Origin: Opitutia bacterium
Lineage (GTDB): Bacteria; Verrucomicrobiota; Verrucomicrobiia; Opitutales; JANOBW01
Direction of reading: 5' to 3'
Length of the DNA stretch: 64,000 nt
Assembly (NCBI GenBank): GCA_031411855.1
Contig: JANOBW010000169.1
Location: 3,414-67,413, forward strand
Of this stretch, positions 18,083 to 27,700 are shown one piece after another (position 1 is the stretch's first letter; the number at the start of each line of letters is the position of its first letter). Below the pieces are notes generated by a model that had not been told where the DNA came from, made no database searches, and saw nothing but the letters and a program-made list of their open reading frames with translations. The translations under genes and the position numbers were made by a program.

Positions 18083-18183
18083 AACGCATCTCAAAGGAGC
18101 ACGGGCTTCCGGCCCGTCATGGATCATCAACGACGGCCAGGATGGCCGTGCTCCTTTCCACTAACCTCATCACCCTCAACGTC

Positions 18184-19590
18184 ATGAAACACCTCCTCTT
18201 CTCCTCGCTCGTTCTCACCCTCACTTCCCCGCTCAACGCCCTGCCTACGGTTGGCCCCGATTACCAGCGCCCCGAAACAACCGCACCGTCGGCTTACCGC
18301 GACGCCAGCTCTTCGCCCGCGCAGGCTGCCTTACCCGAAGCTTGGTGGAACTCCCTGGGCGATCCCGCCCTAGACGCCCTCGAAACCCGCGCCCTCGCCT
18401 CCAACCAGAACCTCCGGGCCGCACTGGCCCGCATCGAACAAGCCCGAGCCGTGGCCGGAGTCGCGCGTTCCAGCTACCTGCCGGCTCTTTCGCTTGATCC
18501 TTCGGTGACCCGCGAGCGCACCTCGCGGAACACGCCGAACGTCCTGCCCAACGCGACTGGCACCACCTGGCGTCTGCCGTTGGACCTCAAGTGGGAGTTG
18601 GACCTCTTTGGCCGCAACCGCCGTCTCAACGAAGGAGCCAAGGCCGAACTGGAAGCGGCCGGGGCCGGTTTCGAGGCCGCCCGCTTGTCTCTTACCGCCG
18701 AAGTGGCCTCGACCTACTTCACACTTCGTTCTCTCGATCAGGAAATCCGCATCGTTAACGAAACAACTGGTTTCCGCCGCGACGCCCTCAAACTCGCCCA
18801 GGCCCGCTTCAAGCGGGGACTGGACGCCGAACTCGATGTCGTCCGCGCCGAAACGGAACTCGCCACCACCGAGGCCGAAGCCTCCGCCCTGGCCCTGCGC
18901 CAGTCCTCGATCCGCAACGCCATCGCCGTCCTGCTCGGGGAACCGGCTCCGGCCTTCTCCCTTGCGGAGACGGTGGCGTTTCCCACTGAAATCCCCGGAG
19001 TTCCCGCCGGTCTTCCCGGCGACCTTCTGACCCGCCGCCCCGACATCGCCGTGGCCGAGCGTGCCCTGGCCGCCGCCAACGCCCGCATCGGCCTGGCCAA
19101 GGCGGCCTTTTTCCCGACGATTTCCCTGACCGGCAGCACCGGCTTTGCCAGCGCCGACCTGGGCGATTTGCTCAAGAGCGACAGCCGCGCCTGGTCCATC
19201 GGTCCGAGCGTTTACCTGCCGCTTTTCCAAGGTGGCCGCAACCGCGCCAATCTCGACCGCAGCAAGGCCGCCTACGAGGAAACCCTCGCCGCCTACAACC
19301 AAAGCGTGCTCACCGCATTCCAAGAGGTGCAGGACTCGCTGAGTGCGTCGCGTTTCCTCGGCGAACAGGGTTCCGCTCTCCAACGGGCCGTGGCCAGCGC
19401 CCGCCGCGGTGCGGTGCTTTCCCGCAAACGCCACGACGCCGGATTCGTCAGTTATCTCGAAGTCGTGGATGCCGAACGAACCGCCCTCGAGGTGGAACGT
19501 TCTCAGGTCCGTCTCCAAGGCCAGCGCTGGCTCACCCACATCTCGCTGATCAAGGCCCTCGGCGGTGGCTGGAAACAGCCTGCGTCGTGA
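18184..19590 (+). CDS. outer-membrane efflux factor (TolC/NodT-OprM family)
   Basis: ATG at 18184 (MKHLLFSSLVLTLTSPLNALPTVGPDYQRPE). It shows the two-repeat OEP pattern (SYLPALSLDPS..., FFPTISLTGSTG...) and ends LIKALGGGW. No Cys or lipobox is visible in the signal region, although PDYxRP is the usual start of mature NodT lipoproteins. Confidence 0.85.
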   Translation: MKHLLFSSLVLTLTSPLNALPTVGPDYQRPETTAPSAYRDASSSPAQAALPEAWWNSLGDPALDALETRALASNQNLRAALARIEQARAVAGVARSSYLPALSLDPSVTRERTSRNTPNVLPNATGTTWRLPLDLKWELDLFGRNRRLNEGAKAELEAAGAGFEAARLSLTAEVASTYFTLRSLDQEIRIVNETTGFRRDALKLAQARFKRGLDAELDVVRAETELATTEAEASALALRQSSIRNAIAVLLGEPAPAFSLAETVAFPTEIPGVPAGLPGDLLTRRPDIAVAERALAAANARIGLAKAAFFPTISLTGSTGFASADLGDLLKSDSRAWSIGPSVYLPLFQGGRNRANLDRSKAAYEETLAAYNQSVLTAFQEVQDSLSASRFLGEQGSALQRAVASARRGAVLSRKRHDAGFVSYLEVVDAERTALEVERSQVRLQGQRWLTHISLIKALGGGWKQPAS

Positions 19591-19610
19591 ACGAAACAGT
19601 CATGCAAAGT

Positions 19611-19806
19611 GTCTCGCGAAGGACGCGAAGGAAAAGGCAAAGGATTTTTAAGGAAATTATTACCTCTAAATCATTTGTTATAAAATGCTTAAGGTTCTTA
19701 TCACTCGGCCCTATCAAATCGGTTTTAATCTTCAAAACAACAAGTCAAAAGTTCCCTGAACCATCCCTTCTCAAACCCTTCGCCTCCTTCGCGGCCTTCG
19801 CGAGAC
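19611..19806. repeat. 196-bp inverted-repeat (MITE-like or long-hairpin) element with an AT-rich core
   Basis: Left arm 19611-19643: GTCTCGCGAAGGACGCGAAGGAAAAGGCAAAGG. The reverse complement of the right arm (19777-19806) is GTCTCGCGAAGGCCGCGAAGGAGGCGAAGG. The first 22 positions are identical except one, then a 3-nt indel and one mismatch follow. The arms are built from CGCGAAGG units. The 133-bp interior is AT-rich in an otherwise GC-rich region. Confidence 0.7.
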
Positions 19807-19878
19807 CCATCCAACCACCCATCCTCACTTCGATTCTTTCCGAGACACTTCCTTCAATTTCCTTTCTCCACACACCTC

Positions 19879-20640
19879 ATGAAAACCAACACTCAAAAAC
19901 TCGCGGGTAAAACCGCTCTTGTCACCGGCGCCTCCAAGGGCATCGGCGCTTCCATCGCCAAACACCTGGCCGCCGCGGGTGCCTCGGTTGTCGTCAACTA
20001 CGCCTCCAGTCGGGCCGGCGCCGACCAGGTTGTCGCCGAAATCACCGCTGCGGGCGGCAAGGCCGTCGCCGTGCAGGCCGACGTTTCCCAGAAGGCCGAC
20101 ATCGTCCTCCTCCTGGCCGAAACGGTCAAAGCCTTTGGCCGCCTCGACATCCTCGTCAACAACGCCGGCGTCTATGAGTTTGCCCCGCTTGAAGCCATCA
20201 CCGAGGAGGACTTCCACCGCCAGTTCAACCTCAACGTCCTCGGCCTGCTTCTCACCACCCAGGAAGCCGTGAAACACTTTGGCCCCGAGGGCGGCAGCAT
20301 CATCAACATCGGCTCCATCGTGGACACCCTGGCCCCGCCGAATGGGTCCGTTTACAGCGCGACCAAGGCGGCCGTGACCGCCATCACCAAGTCCCTCGCC
20401 AAAGAGCTCGGGCCCAAGAAGATACGCGTCAACGCCATCAACCCGGGCATGGTCGAAACCGAAGGGGTTCGTTCCGCCGGCATTGACGAAAGCGACATGC
20501 GTAAAAACATCGAGGCCAACACCCCGCTCGGCCGGATCGGACAACCCGGGGACATCGGTCCCGCCGCCGTTTTCCTGGCCTCCTCCGACTCCGCCTGGAT
20601 CACCGCCGAAAGCCTCTACATCTCCGGCGGCTACCGCTGA
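19879..20640 (+). CDS. short-chain dehydrogenase/reductase (FabG-like)
   Basis: TGASKGIGASIA cofactor motif, NNAG, and the catalytic YSATKAAV; 253 aa. Confidence 0.9.
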   Translation: MKTNTQKLAGKTALVTGASKGIGASIAKHLAAAGASVVVNYASSRAGADQVVAEITAAGGKAVAVQADVSQKADIVLLLAETVKAFGRLDILVNNAGVYEFAPLEAITEEDFHRQFNLNVLGLLLTTQEAVKHFGPEGGSIINIGSIVDTLAPPNGSVYSATKAAVTAITKSLAKELGPKKIRVNAINPGMVETEGVRSAGIDESDMRKNIEANTPLGRIGQPGDIGPAAVFLASSDSAWITAESLYISGGYR

Positions 20641-20765
20641 AGCCCTGAACGTTGTGGGTGAGGTGTGACTTCTGCCATCCGGGGACTCGCCGGGGAGGCT
20701 GGTGGTCGGGGCTGCGCCAAAAGGGAACCTGGCGCCCTCCGGTCCGTTCCCACCCTCCTTTCCCC

Positions 20766-21707
20766 ATGCCCCATTCCCGCCTGTCCCGCCGCTCTTTTCT
20801 CCGCCACACCGCCGCCCTCGGGGCGGCCGGGCTCGTGGGAGGACTCCCGTCCCTGCGGGGCGAGGCCGACGCGAAGTCCGGCCCCGATTTTTGCCTCTTT
20901 ACGAAACATCTGCTCGGGATGGAACCGGCGGCCCTGGCCGAACATGTCGCCTCGCTGGGTTTTGCCGGGATCGAGGCCCCGGTGCGCGCGGGCGGCCATG
21001 TTCTGCCGGAACGGGTCGAGGACGATCTGCCGGGGTTTGTCGAAACCCTGAAAAAATCGGGCGTGGAAATCCGCATCCTGACCTCGGGCATCAACGCCGT
21101 CTCTCCCGCCCAGCACACCGAAAAGGTGCTGCGCGCGGCCTCGCGGCTCGGGATCAAACGCTTTCGCATGAACTGGTGGCGCTACGATCTGAAAAAGCCC
21201 CTGCCGCCGCAGTTGGAGGAAATGGGGGCCAGGGTGAAAGACCTGATCGCCCTAAGCCGCGAGCTTGGCCTGCAGGCCCTCTACCAGAACCACAACGGGC
21301 CGGACTACGTGGGGGCCACGATCTGGGATGTGGAATCGCTCATGCGCGCCCACCGGCCGGAGGACTGGGGTTTCGCCTACGACATCATGCACGCGACCGT
21401 GGTGGGCGGAACCTCCTGGCCGACACCCTATCATCTGGCGCGTCCCCGGATCGGCGCCGCCCTCTTCAAGGATTTCCAGTGGGGCGAGGGGCTTTCACCC
21501 AAAACCTGCCCGCTGGGGGCCGGGGTGGGGGCCGGACCCGAGTTCGCCAAACTACTGAAAGGGAGCGGGTTCCGGGGACCGGTGGTCCTTCACGTCGAGC
21601 ATCTCAAGGCCGAGCGGATCACCAACGCCGAGGAGGCGCGGACCGCCCGCGAGGCGACCGTGGCGGACTTTGCCACGCTGAAACGCTGGTGGGAATACGG
21701 CGGATGA
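20766..21707 (+). CDS. TAT-exported sugar phosphate isomerase/epimerase (xylose-isomerase-like TIM barrel)
   Basis: ATG at 20766: MPHSRLSRRSFLRHTAALGAAGLVG, a twin-arginine signal. The body resembles AP-endonuclease-2/xylose-isomerase-like TIM barrels (LGFAGIEAPVR, YQNHNG, HVEH). Confidence 0.75.
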   Translation: MPHSRLSRRSFLRHTAALGAAGLVGGLPSLRGEADAKSGPDFCLFTKHLLGMEPAALAEHVASLGFAGIEAPVRAGGHVLPERVEDDLPGFVETLKKSGVEIRILTSGINAVSPAQHTEKVLRAASRLGIKRFRMNWWRYDLKKPLPPQLEEMGARVKDLIALSRELGLQALYQNHNGPDYVGATIWDVESLMRAHRPEDWGFAYDIMHATVVGGTSWPTPYHLARPRIGAALFKDFQWGEGLSPKTCPLGAGVGAGPEFAKLLKGSGFRGPVVLHVEHLKAERITNAEEARTAREATVADFATLKRWWEYGG

Positions 21708-21711
21708 GGGC

Positions 21712-24700
21712 TCAGGGCGCCGGGCGGGTAATTCGTAAACGAAGGAACTGGTTGGCGCCGGTCGCGGGGACGGTGGCGGTGGTGTTGCCGTTGCCGTCGG
21801 GGGTGCCCTGGGTGACGCCCGCGCTGGTCCAGCCGGCGGGGTTGGCCAGGCTGGGGTTGGCCTCGACGGTGTAGGTGATGTCGGCGGCGGCGCGCTTGTA
21901 GCTGAGGGTCAGGTTTCCAACCGAGACGGTGGCACCGGGCAAACCGGTGAGGGTGATGGTGTTGGGAGCGAAACCGAGGGCGTATTCAAGGAGGTTGGGC
22001 AGGCCGTCGTGGTCGGGGTCGTCGTTGGGGCCGCGCTGGTTGGCGGGGACGCCGGCGGTTTCCAGATAGGTGTCGAGCGGATCGGCCACCGGACCACTGT
22101 TGGTTTCGGTGGCGCCGCCGTTGAGGACGACGATTTTGGCGAGGTTGGTGTCGCCTTTGTAGGAAACGAAACTGCCCACGGCCCAGAGGCGGCCCTGGGT
22201 GTCGGCCACCATGCTTTCGACGGTGCCGTTGAAGCCCGCACCGGCGTCGAAGGCGGCGTCGCGGGTGCCGTCGGCGTTGATCCGCACGAGGCTGGTGGCG
22301 GTGACACCGCCGTAGGTGGTGAAGGAGCCCTGGAGGTAGAACTGGGAGCCGGAGGCCGCGTGTTTCAGAATGGCGGCGTTTGGCCCGCCACCGACGGGAA
22401 AGGGCGAGGTGATGGCCCCGGTGGCGGCGATTTTTTGGAGGAAGGGGGAGTTGTTGCTGAAGCTGAGGACGGAGCCGTCGGGGAGGGTTTCCAGGCCGGT
22501 GGAAGTCATGGTGCCGGGGTAGGTGAAGGCAGCGTCCTTTACGCCGAATTCGTCCACGAGGACGATGCGGGACTGGCCGCCCCAGGAGTTGGCGTGGGAG
22601 AGCCAGAGGCGGCTGCCGGAGGCGAAATCAATGTCGGGGATGGAGGCGAAGGCGCTGGAAACAAAGGTGGCGTCGCGGGAGCCGTCGGCGTTGAGACGGA
22701 CGATGTAGCCACTGGTGGTTTCGGCGCGGTAGCTGGTGAAGTTGCCATGGACGTAGAGGCGTCCGGCGGCGTCGAAGCGGATGCCGAGGACGGTGTTGTT
22801 GGGGCCGACGAGAGGGTCGAAGGTGGTGTCGAGGACACCGGTGGAGCTGAGGCGGAGGAGGCGGTTTCGCGTGATGGCGCCGGCCCCGGCGGGGGTGACT
22901 GTGGTGAACGTGCCGCCAAGGTAGATGCGGCCGGTGGAGTCTTGCGCGATGCAGGTGACGGCGGCGTTGACGACGGGCCAGGTGGTGTCAGGGGAACCGT
23001 CGGCCTTGATTTTGGCGAAGTATGAGCGGGAGGCGGAGCCGCCGGGATAGGTGATGGTGCCGAAAGCCCCACCGGCCAGGAAACCTCCGCCGGCCAGGGG
23101 GAGGACGGTGTTGACGGTGCTGTTGAAGGTGGGAATGACCAGGCCGGACGCGAGGCTCGAGGGGCTGCGGACGACGGTGAGGACGACGGCGCTGGAGCTG
23201 GTGCTTCCGAAAGCGTTGGTGATGCGGACTTTGTAACTACCGCCATCGGTCAGGACCAGCGAGGGGAGGGAGAGCTGGGCGGTGGTGGCCCCGGAGATGG
23301 TGGCGGAGTTGGCCAGGACGGTGGTGCCTTTGAGCCACTCGTAGGTGAGGGTGCCCGCGCCACGGGCCGCGACGAAGAAAATGGCGGACTGGCCGACCTC
23401 GGCGGTGACGGCGACGGGGGCGGTGAGGATTTCCGGGGCCTCCAGATAGATGAACTCGGCGGCCGAGCTGGTCACATTGCCGGAGGAGTTGGTCACCGTG
23501 ACGGAGTAGAGGGCCTCGTCGCCCGGCTGGACGCCCAGGACAGTCAGGGTGGCGGTGTTGGTCCCCGAAAAATGCGCGTCGGTGGACAGGGGCGAGCCGT
23601 TGCGGAGCCATTGGTAGGAAAGGGCCGAGGTGCCGGTGGCGGTGACCTTGAAGACGGCGTTTTGACCACCGGAGGCCGAAACGGGATCGGGGCCTTGGAC
23701 AACGCCGAGGGCAACCTGGTCGCCGTTGACGACCACAAGGGCATTGGTGGCGAACACGCCGTTGTAAACGGAGATGGTGCCGCCGAGCCAGACGCGGCCG
23801 TAGCCGTCCACCTTGGCGAAGGCGAGGCCGGTGGTTTGGCCGGTGACATCGAAGGTGGGGTCATTGACTCCTTCGGAACTGAGGCGCATTAGGCCGTAGC
23901 GGGTGACGCCGCCGAGGGTGGTGAAGGAGCCGCTGATGATGAGGCGGCCGTCGGGCTGGAGGGTGACGTCGTTGAGGCCGGTGGCGGTGAGGGTGGGGAA
24001 GGAGGTGTCGGTCGCGCCAGTGTCGAGGAAACGGGACAGGGTGGTGCCGCTGATGGCGAGGAGTTTGCCATCAGGCTGGGCGATGAAGTTCGTGATGGTG
24101 TTGGAGAGAGAGGGCGCGAAGGTGGCGTCGAGGGCGCCGGTTTCGCTCAGGCGGACAAAGTAGCTCCGCCCCTGGTAACTGGTGAAGCTGCCGCCGGCGT
24201 AAACCTTGCCGTCGGCGGTGACGACGACCTTGCGGACAAAGTTGTTGAAGGTGCCGACAAAAGAGGTGTCGTGGGAGCCGTCGGCACGAAGGCGGACGAG
24301 GCGGCTATGGGCGGCGTTCCCGTTCCAGGAGGCGAAGTCGCCGGCGGCGTAGATGCGGCCGAGAGAGTCCAACGCGAGGCTGTAAACGTAGGAACTGGCG
24401 GGGGCGGTGACGCCGGGGTCGAAGGAGGTGTCGAGGGAGAAGTCGGCGTTGAGGCGGATGATCCGGCTGCGGGTCAGGGTGCTGCCTCCGGTGGGTGTGA
24501 CGAGGCTGAACTCGCCGGCCACGAGGAACTTGCCGCCGGGAAGGCGGACGATGTCGCGGACATCGCCGTTGGTGGTGAACGGCACGGAAGCGACGGTGCC
24601 GTCGGGCAGGACGCGGGCGATGCGGGCGGTGGTGGTGGAAGAGCTGGCACCGTTGAGGGCGTTGAACCTTCCGCCGATGAGGGCGCCGCCATCGGCGAGG

Positions 24701-27700
24701 GGCAGGATGGTGTAAACGGGCTGGCTGGTGGAGGTGACGAGGCTGGAGAAGGTGGCGACGCGCTCGACGGGGTTGGGCAGGACGGTGAGGGTGAACTTGC
24801 CGGAGGGGGTCGCGGCGGTGCCGGTGACCATGACATCGTATTCGCCGGAGTCGGCGAGGGCGAGGCTGGCGAAGGTGAGTTTGGCCGTGGCCGCGCCGGT
24901 GATGCCGGAGCCGTCGGAGACGGGGTTGCCGCCCTTGCGCCACTGGTAGGTGAGCGGGGCGATGCCACGGGCGGTGACGGCCAAGCTGAAGGGACGGCCG
25001 GTGTAGGAGACGAGGGAGGCGGCCGGCTGGGTGAGGATCTCGGGCGAGCCGAGGACGACGAGGGTGGCCCCGTTGCTGACGGTGGTGCCGGAGAGGTTGC
25101 TGACGCGCACGGAGTAAACGTCCTCGGCGGCATCGGTGGCATTGGCGATGGTGAGGGTCGCCGTCGTGGCGCCGGAGATGTTGCCGCCATCGGTGAGGTC
25201 CACGCCGTTGCGGAGCCAGCGGTAGGTGAGGGCGGAGGTGCCGGTGGCGCGGGCGGTGAAGGTGGCGGTGGTGGCCGGGTTGGTTTCCACCGCCTTGGGC
25301 TGGAGGGTGACGGCGAGCGGGATGGCGTAGCCGTTGAGGCGGATGAGGCGCTGGGTGGCGGCGGCGTTGAAGGTGGTGAAATCGCCGCCGATCCAGAGGC
25401 GGCCGTTCTCGGCCAGGGCGACGGTCTGGGCGGTGTTGTCAAAGCCGGTGCCGCCGACCCAGGTCTGTTCCAACGCGCCGACGGTGCTGAAGGAAGCGAG
25501 GTTGCTGAAGTTCACGGGGGTGCCGACAAAGGTGAAGCTGCCGACCCCGACGGAGCGGCCGTTGGACTGGAGGACGAAGTCGTAGAAAGTGCCGCTGGTC
25601 TGGCCGAAATATTCGGCTGAGTCCCAGGCTCCGGTGGCGGAGAGCCGGGTGATGACGCGGTTGGAGGGAGGCAGGGCGCTGCCCGAGGCCATGACGCGGC
25701 CGTCGTCCAGGACACGAATGCGGGTGAAGGAAGTGCTGAAGGTGGCCCCGGTGGTGGCGAAGGTGGCGTCAAGCGAGCCGTCGGCGTTGAAGCGGACCAT
25801 GCGGGAGTTGGTGCCGTAAACCAGGTTTCCGCCCGCGACAAAGGTGCCATTGGGTCCGGCCCCGAGGGCGGTGACGACATTGGAACTGCCGGTGACGGTG
25901 GCGGTGTTGAAAGGCGAGTGGAGGGAGCCGTCGGAGTTGATGCGGGCCAGGAAGTGATGGGAGGTGTTGGCGTTGTAGCTGGTGAAATCGCCGCCGAGGA
26001 GGAGGTCGCCGTCGGAGAGGACGGCGAGGGCGCGGACGGTGCCATTCGCGCCGGTGCCGAGGGCGGTCATGAAGGTGCCAAGGCGCAGGCCGGTGGTGGC
26101 GTCGAGGGCGGCGAAGTTATTGAGGGCCGCGCCTCCGCCGATTTGAGTGAGTGTGCCCAAACTACTGAAGGCGTAGAGGCGATTACCATCAAGGACGAGA
26201 CTGGTGACCGCCGCGTTCGGGGCGGGGGAGAAGGCGGTATCCACCACGCCGGTGGAGGAGATTTTGACGAGGTAGCTGCGGCCGGTCTGGCCGTTGAAGT
26301 TGGTGAACTGGCCGGCCACGTAGGCGCCGCCGTCCGGCAGGGGCACGATGGCGTTGACCGTGCTGTTGATGGTTAAGTTGAGCGGCCAGGCGGCGTCGGT
26401 GAAGGCGGGGTTGAGGGCGATGTCGAGCGAGGCCGGGTCGGAGGTGACGGGGCCGTTGGTGTTGGTGACGCGGACGCGGTAGGTGCCGACCCGGGTGGGG
26501 CCGACGGCGGTGAGGGTGAGGGTGGCGGTGCCGGAGCCGGAGACGCCGGAGCCGTCGGCCAGGTCGGTGTCGTTAAACGTCCAGCGGTAAGTCGCTGCCG
26601 GCACGGAAGTTGCGACGACGGTGAAGGTGACGTTCGCGCCCTGGGCCACGAGCTGGGTGACCGGGTGGGTGGTGATGCTGGGGAGGTTGTCGTCGTCCAC
26701 GATGGTGACGACGGCGTCGGCCAGGGCGAGGGTCGCGGCGGTGTCGGGCGTGGGGGCGCTGAGGCGAAGGCGGAAGGTTTCGTTGGGCTCACCGGTGGCG
26801 TTGTTGGCCAGGGTGATGGAGACCGTCTTGTCGGCGGTGTCGTTGGCGGCCCAGGAGAGGGTGCCGGAGGTGGCGGTGAAGTCGGAACCGGCCGTGGCGG
26901 TTTCGGCGACGGTGGCGTAGGAGACGGAGACGGGAGAGGTGGCGGTGCCGAAACGTTTCACGGTGACGGTGGCGGTGCCGGCGCCTTCGAGCACGGAGAC
27001 GGCGGCGGGCGAGACGCCGAGCGCGCCGGGGCCGCCGACGAGGAGGGCGGCGTATTTGCGGGCGGTGCTTTTGTAGGAGGTGAAGCTGCCCGCGATGAAG
27101 AGGTCGCCCGAGGCGGTGTAGAGGGCGGAGGCCACGGTGTTGTTCGCGCCGGAGCCGACGGCGAAGGTCGGGTCGAGGGTGCCGTCGAGGTTGAGGCGGA
27201 TGAGGCCGCCGAGGGCGTTGCCGTTGACGGTGGTGAAGTTGCCCCAGACGAGGAGGCGGCCGTCGCGATAGGTGACGCCGAGGGGGTTGTTGTTGAGGAT
27301 GCCGGTGCCGAATTGGAAGGAGGTGTCCTGGGCCCCATCGGCCTTCAGGAGGGCGAGATATTGGCTGCCGGGGAAGACGGCGTTGTTGAAGCGGGCGGCG
27401 ATGACGATGCGGCCGTCGGGCAGGATGTCGAAGCCGGTCAGGTAAGTCGGCAGGATGACATGGCCGCCGGTGCCGAAGGAGGTGTCGAGGGAGCCGTTGG
27501 CGTTGAGACGGGTCAGGCGGTAGGTGGGGCTGCCCGAGGCGCCGTTGGTGTGGGCGACGAGGACCTTGCCATCGGATTGTTCCTTAACGAACCAAACATA
27601 GCCGGCGGTGCCGCTGCCAACGGTTATGGAAGGGACGCTGAACGTGCCGTCGGACGCGCCGGTGGAGGTGAAGCGCTGAAGGCCGACAGAGCTGGCTGCG

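Noticed and set aside
19655-19675. An 11-nt identity (CTCTAAATCAT) between the AT-rich core of the 19611-19806 element and the reverse complement of the accC-thiE spacer (about 30790-30800).
   Set aside because: It is a single short match between two AT-rich sequences, and the flanks do not align. This is probably chance, so I did not treat the two as copies of one element.
19550-19910. Small ORFs inside the inverted-repeat element (19587-19910 on the plus strand at 107 aa; 19550-19735 on the minus strand at 61 aa).
   Set aside because: They run through repeat arms and an AT-rich core, overlap neighbouring genes, and have no recognisable motifs. They are more likely non-coding.
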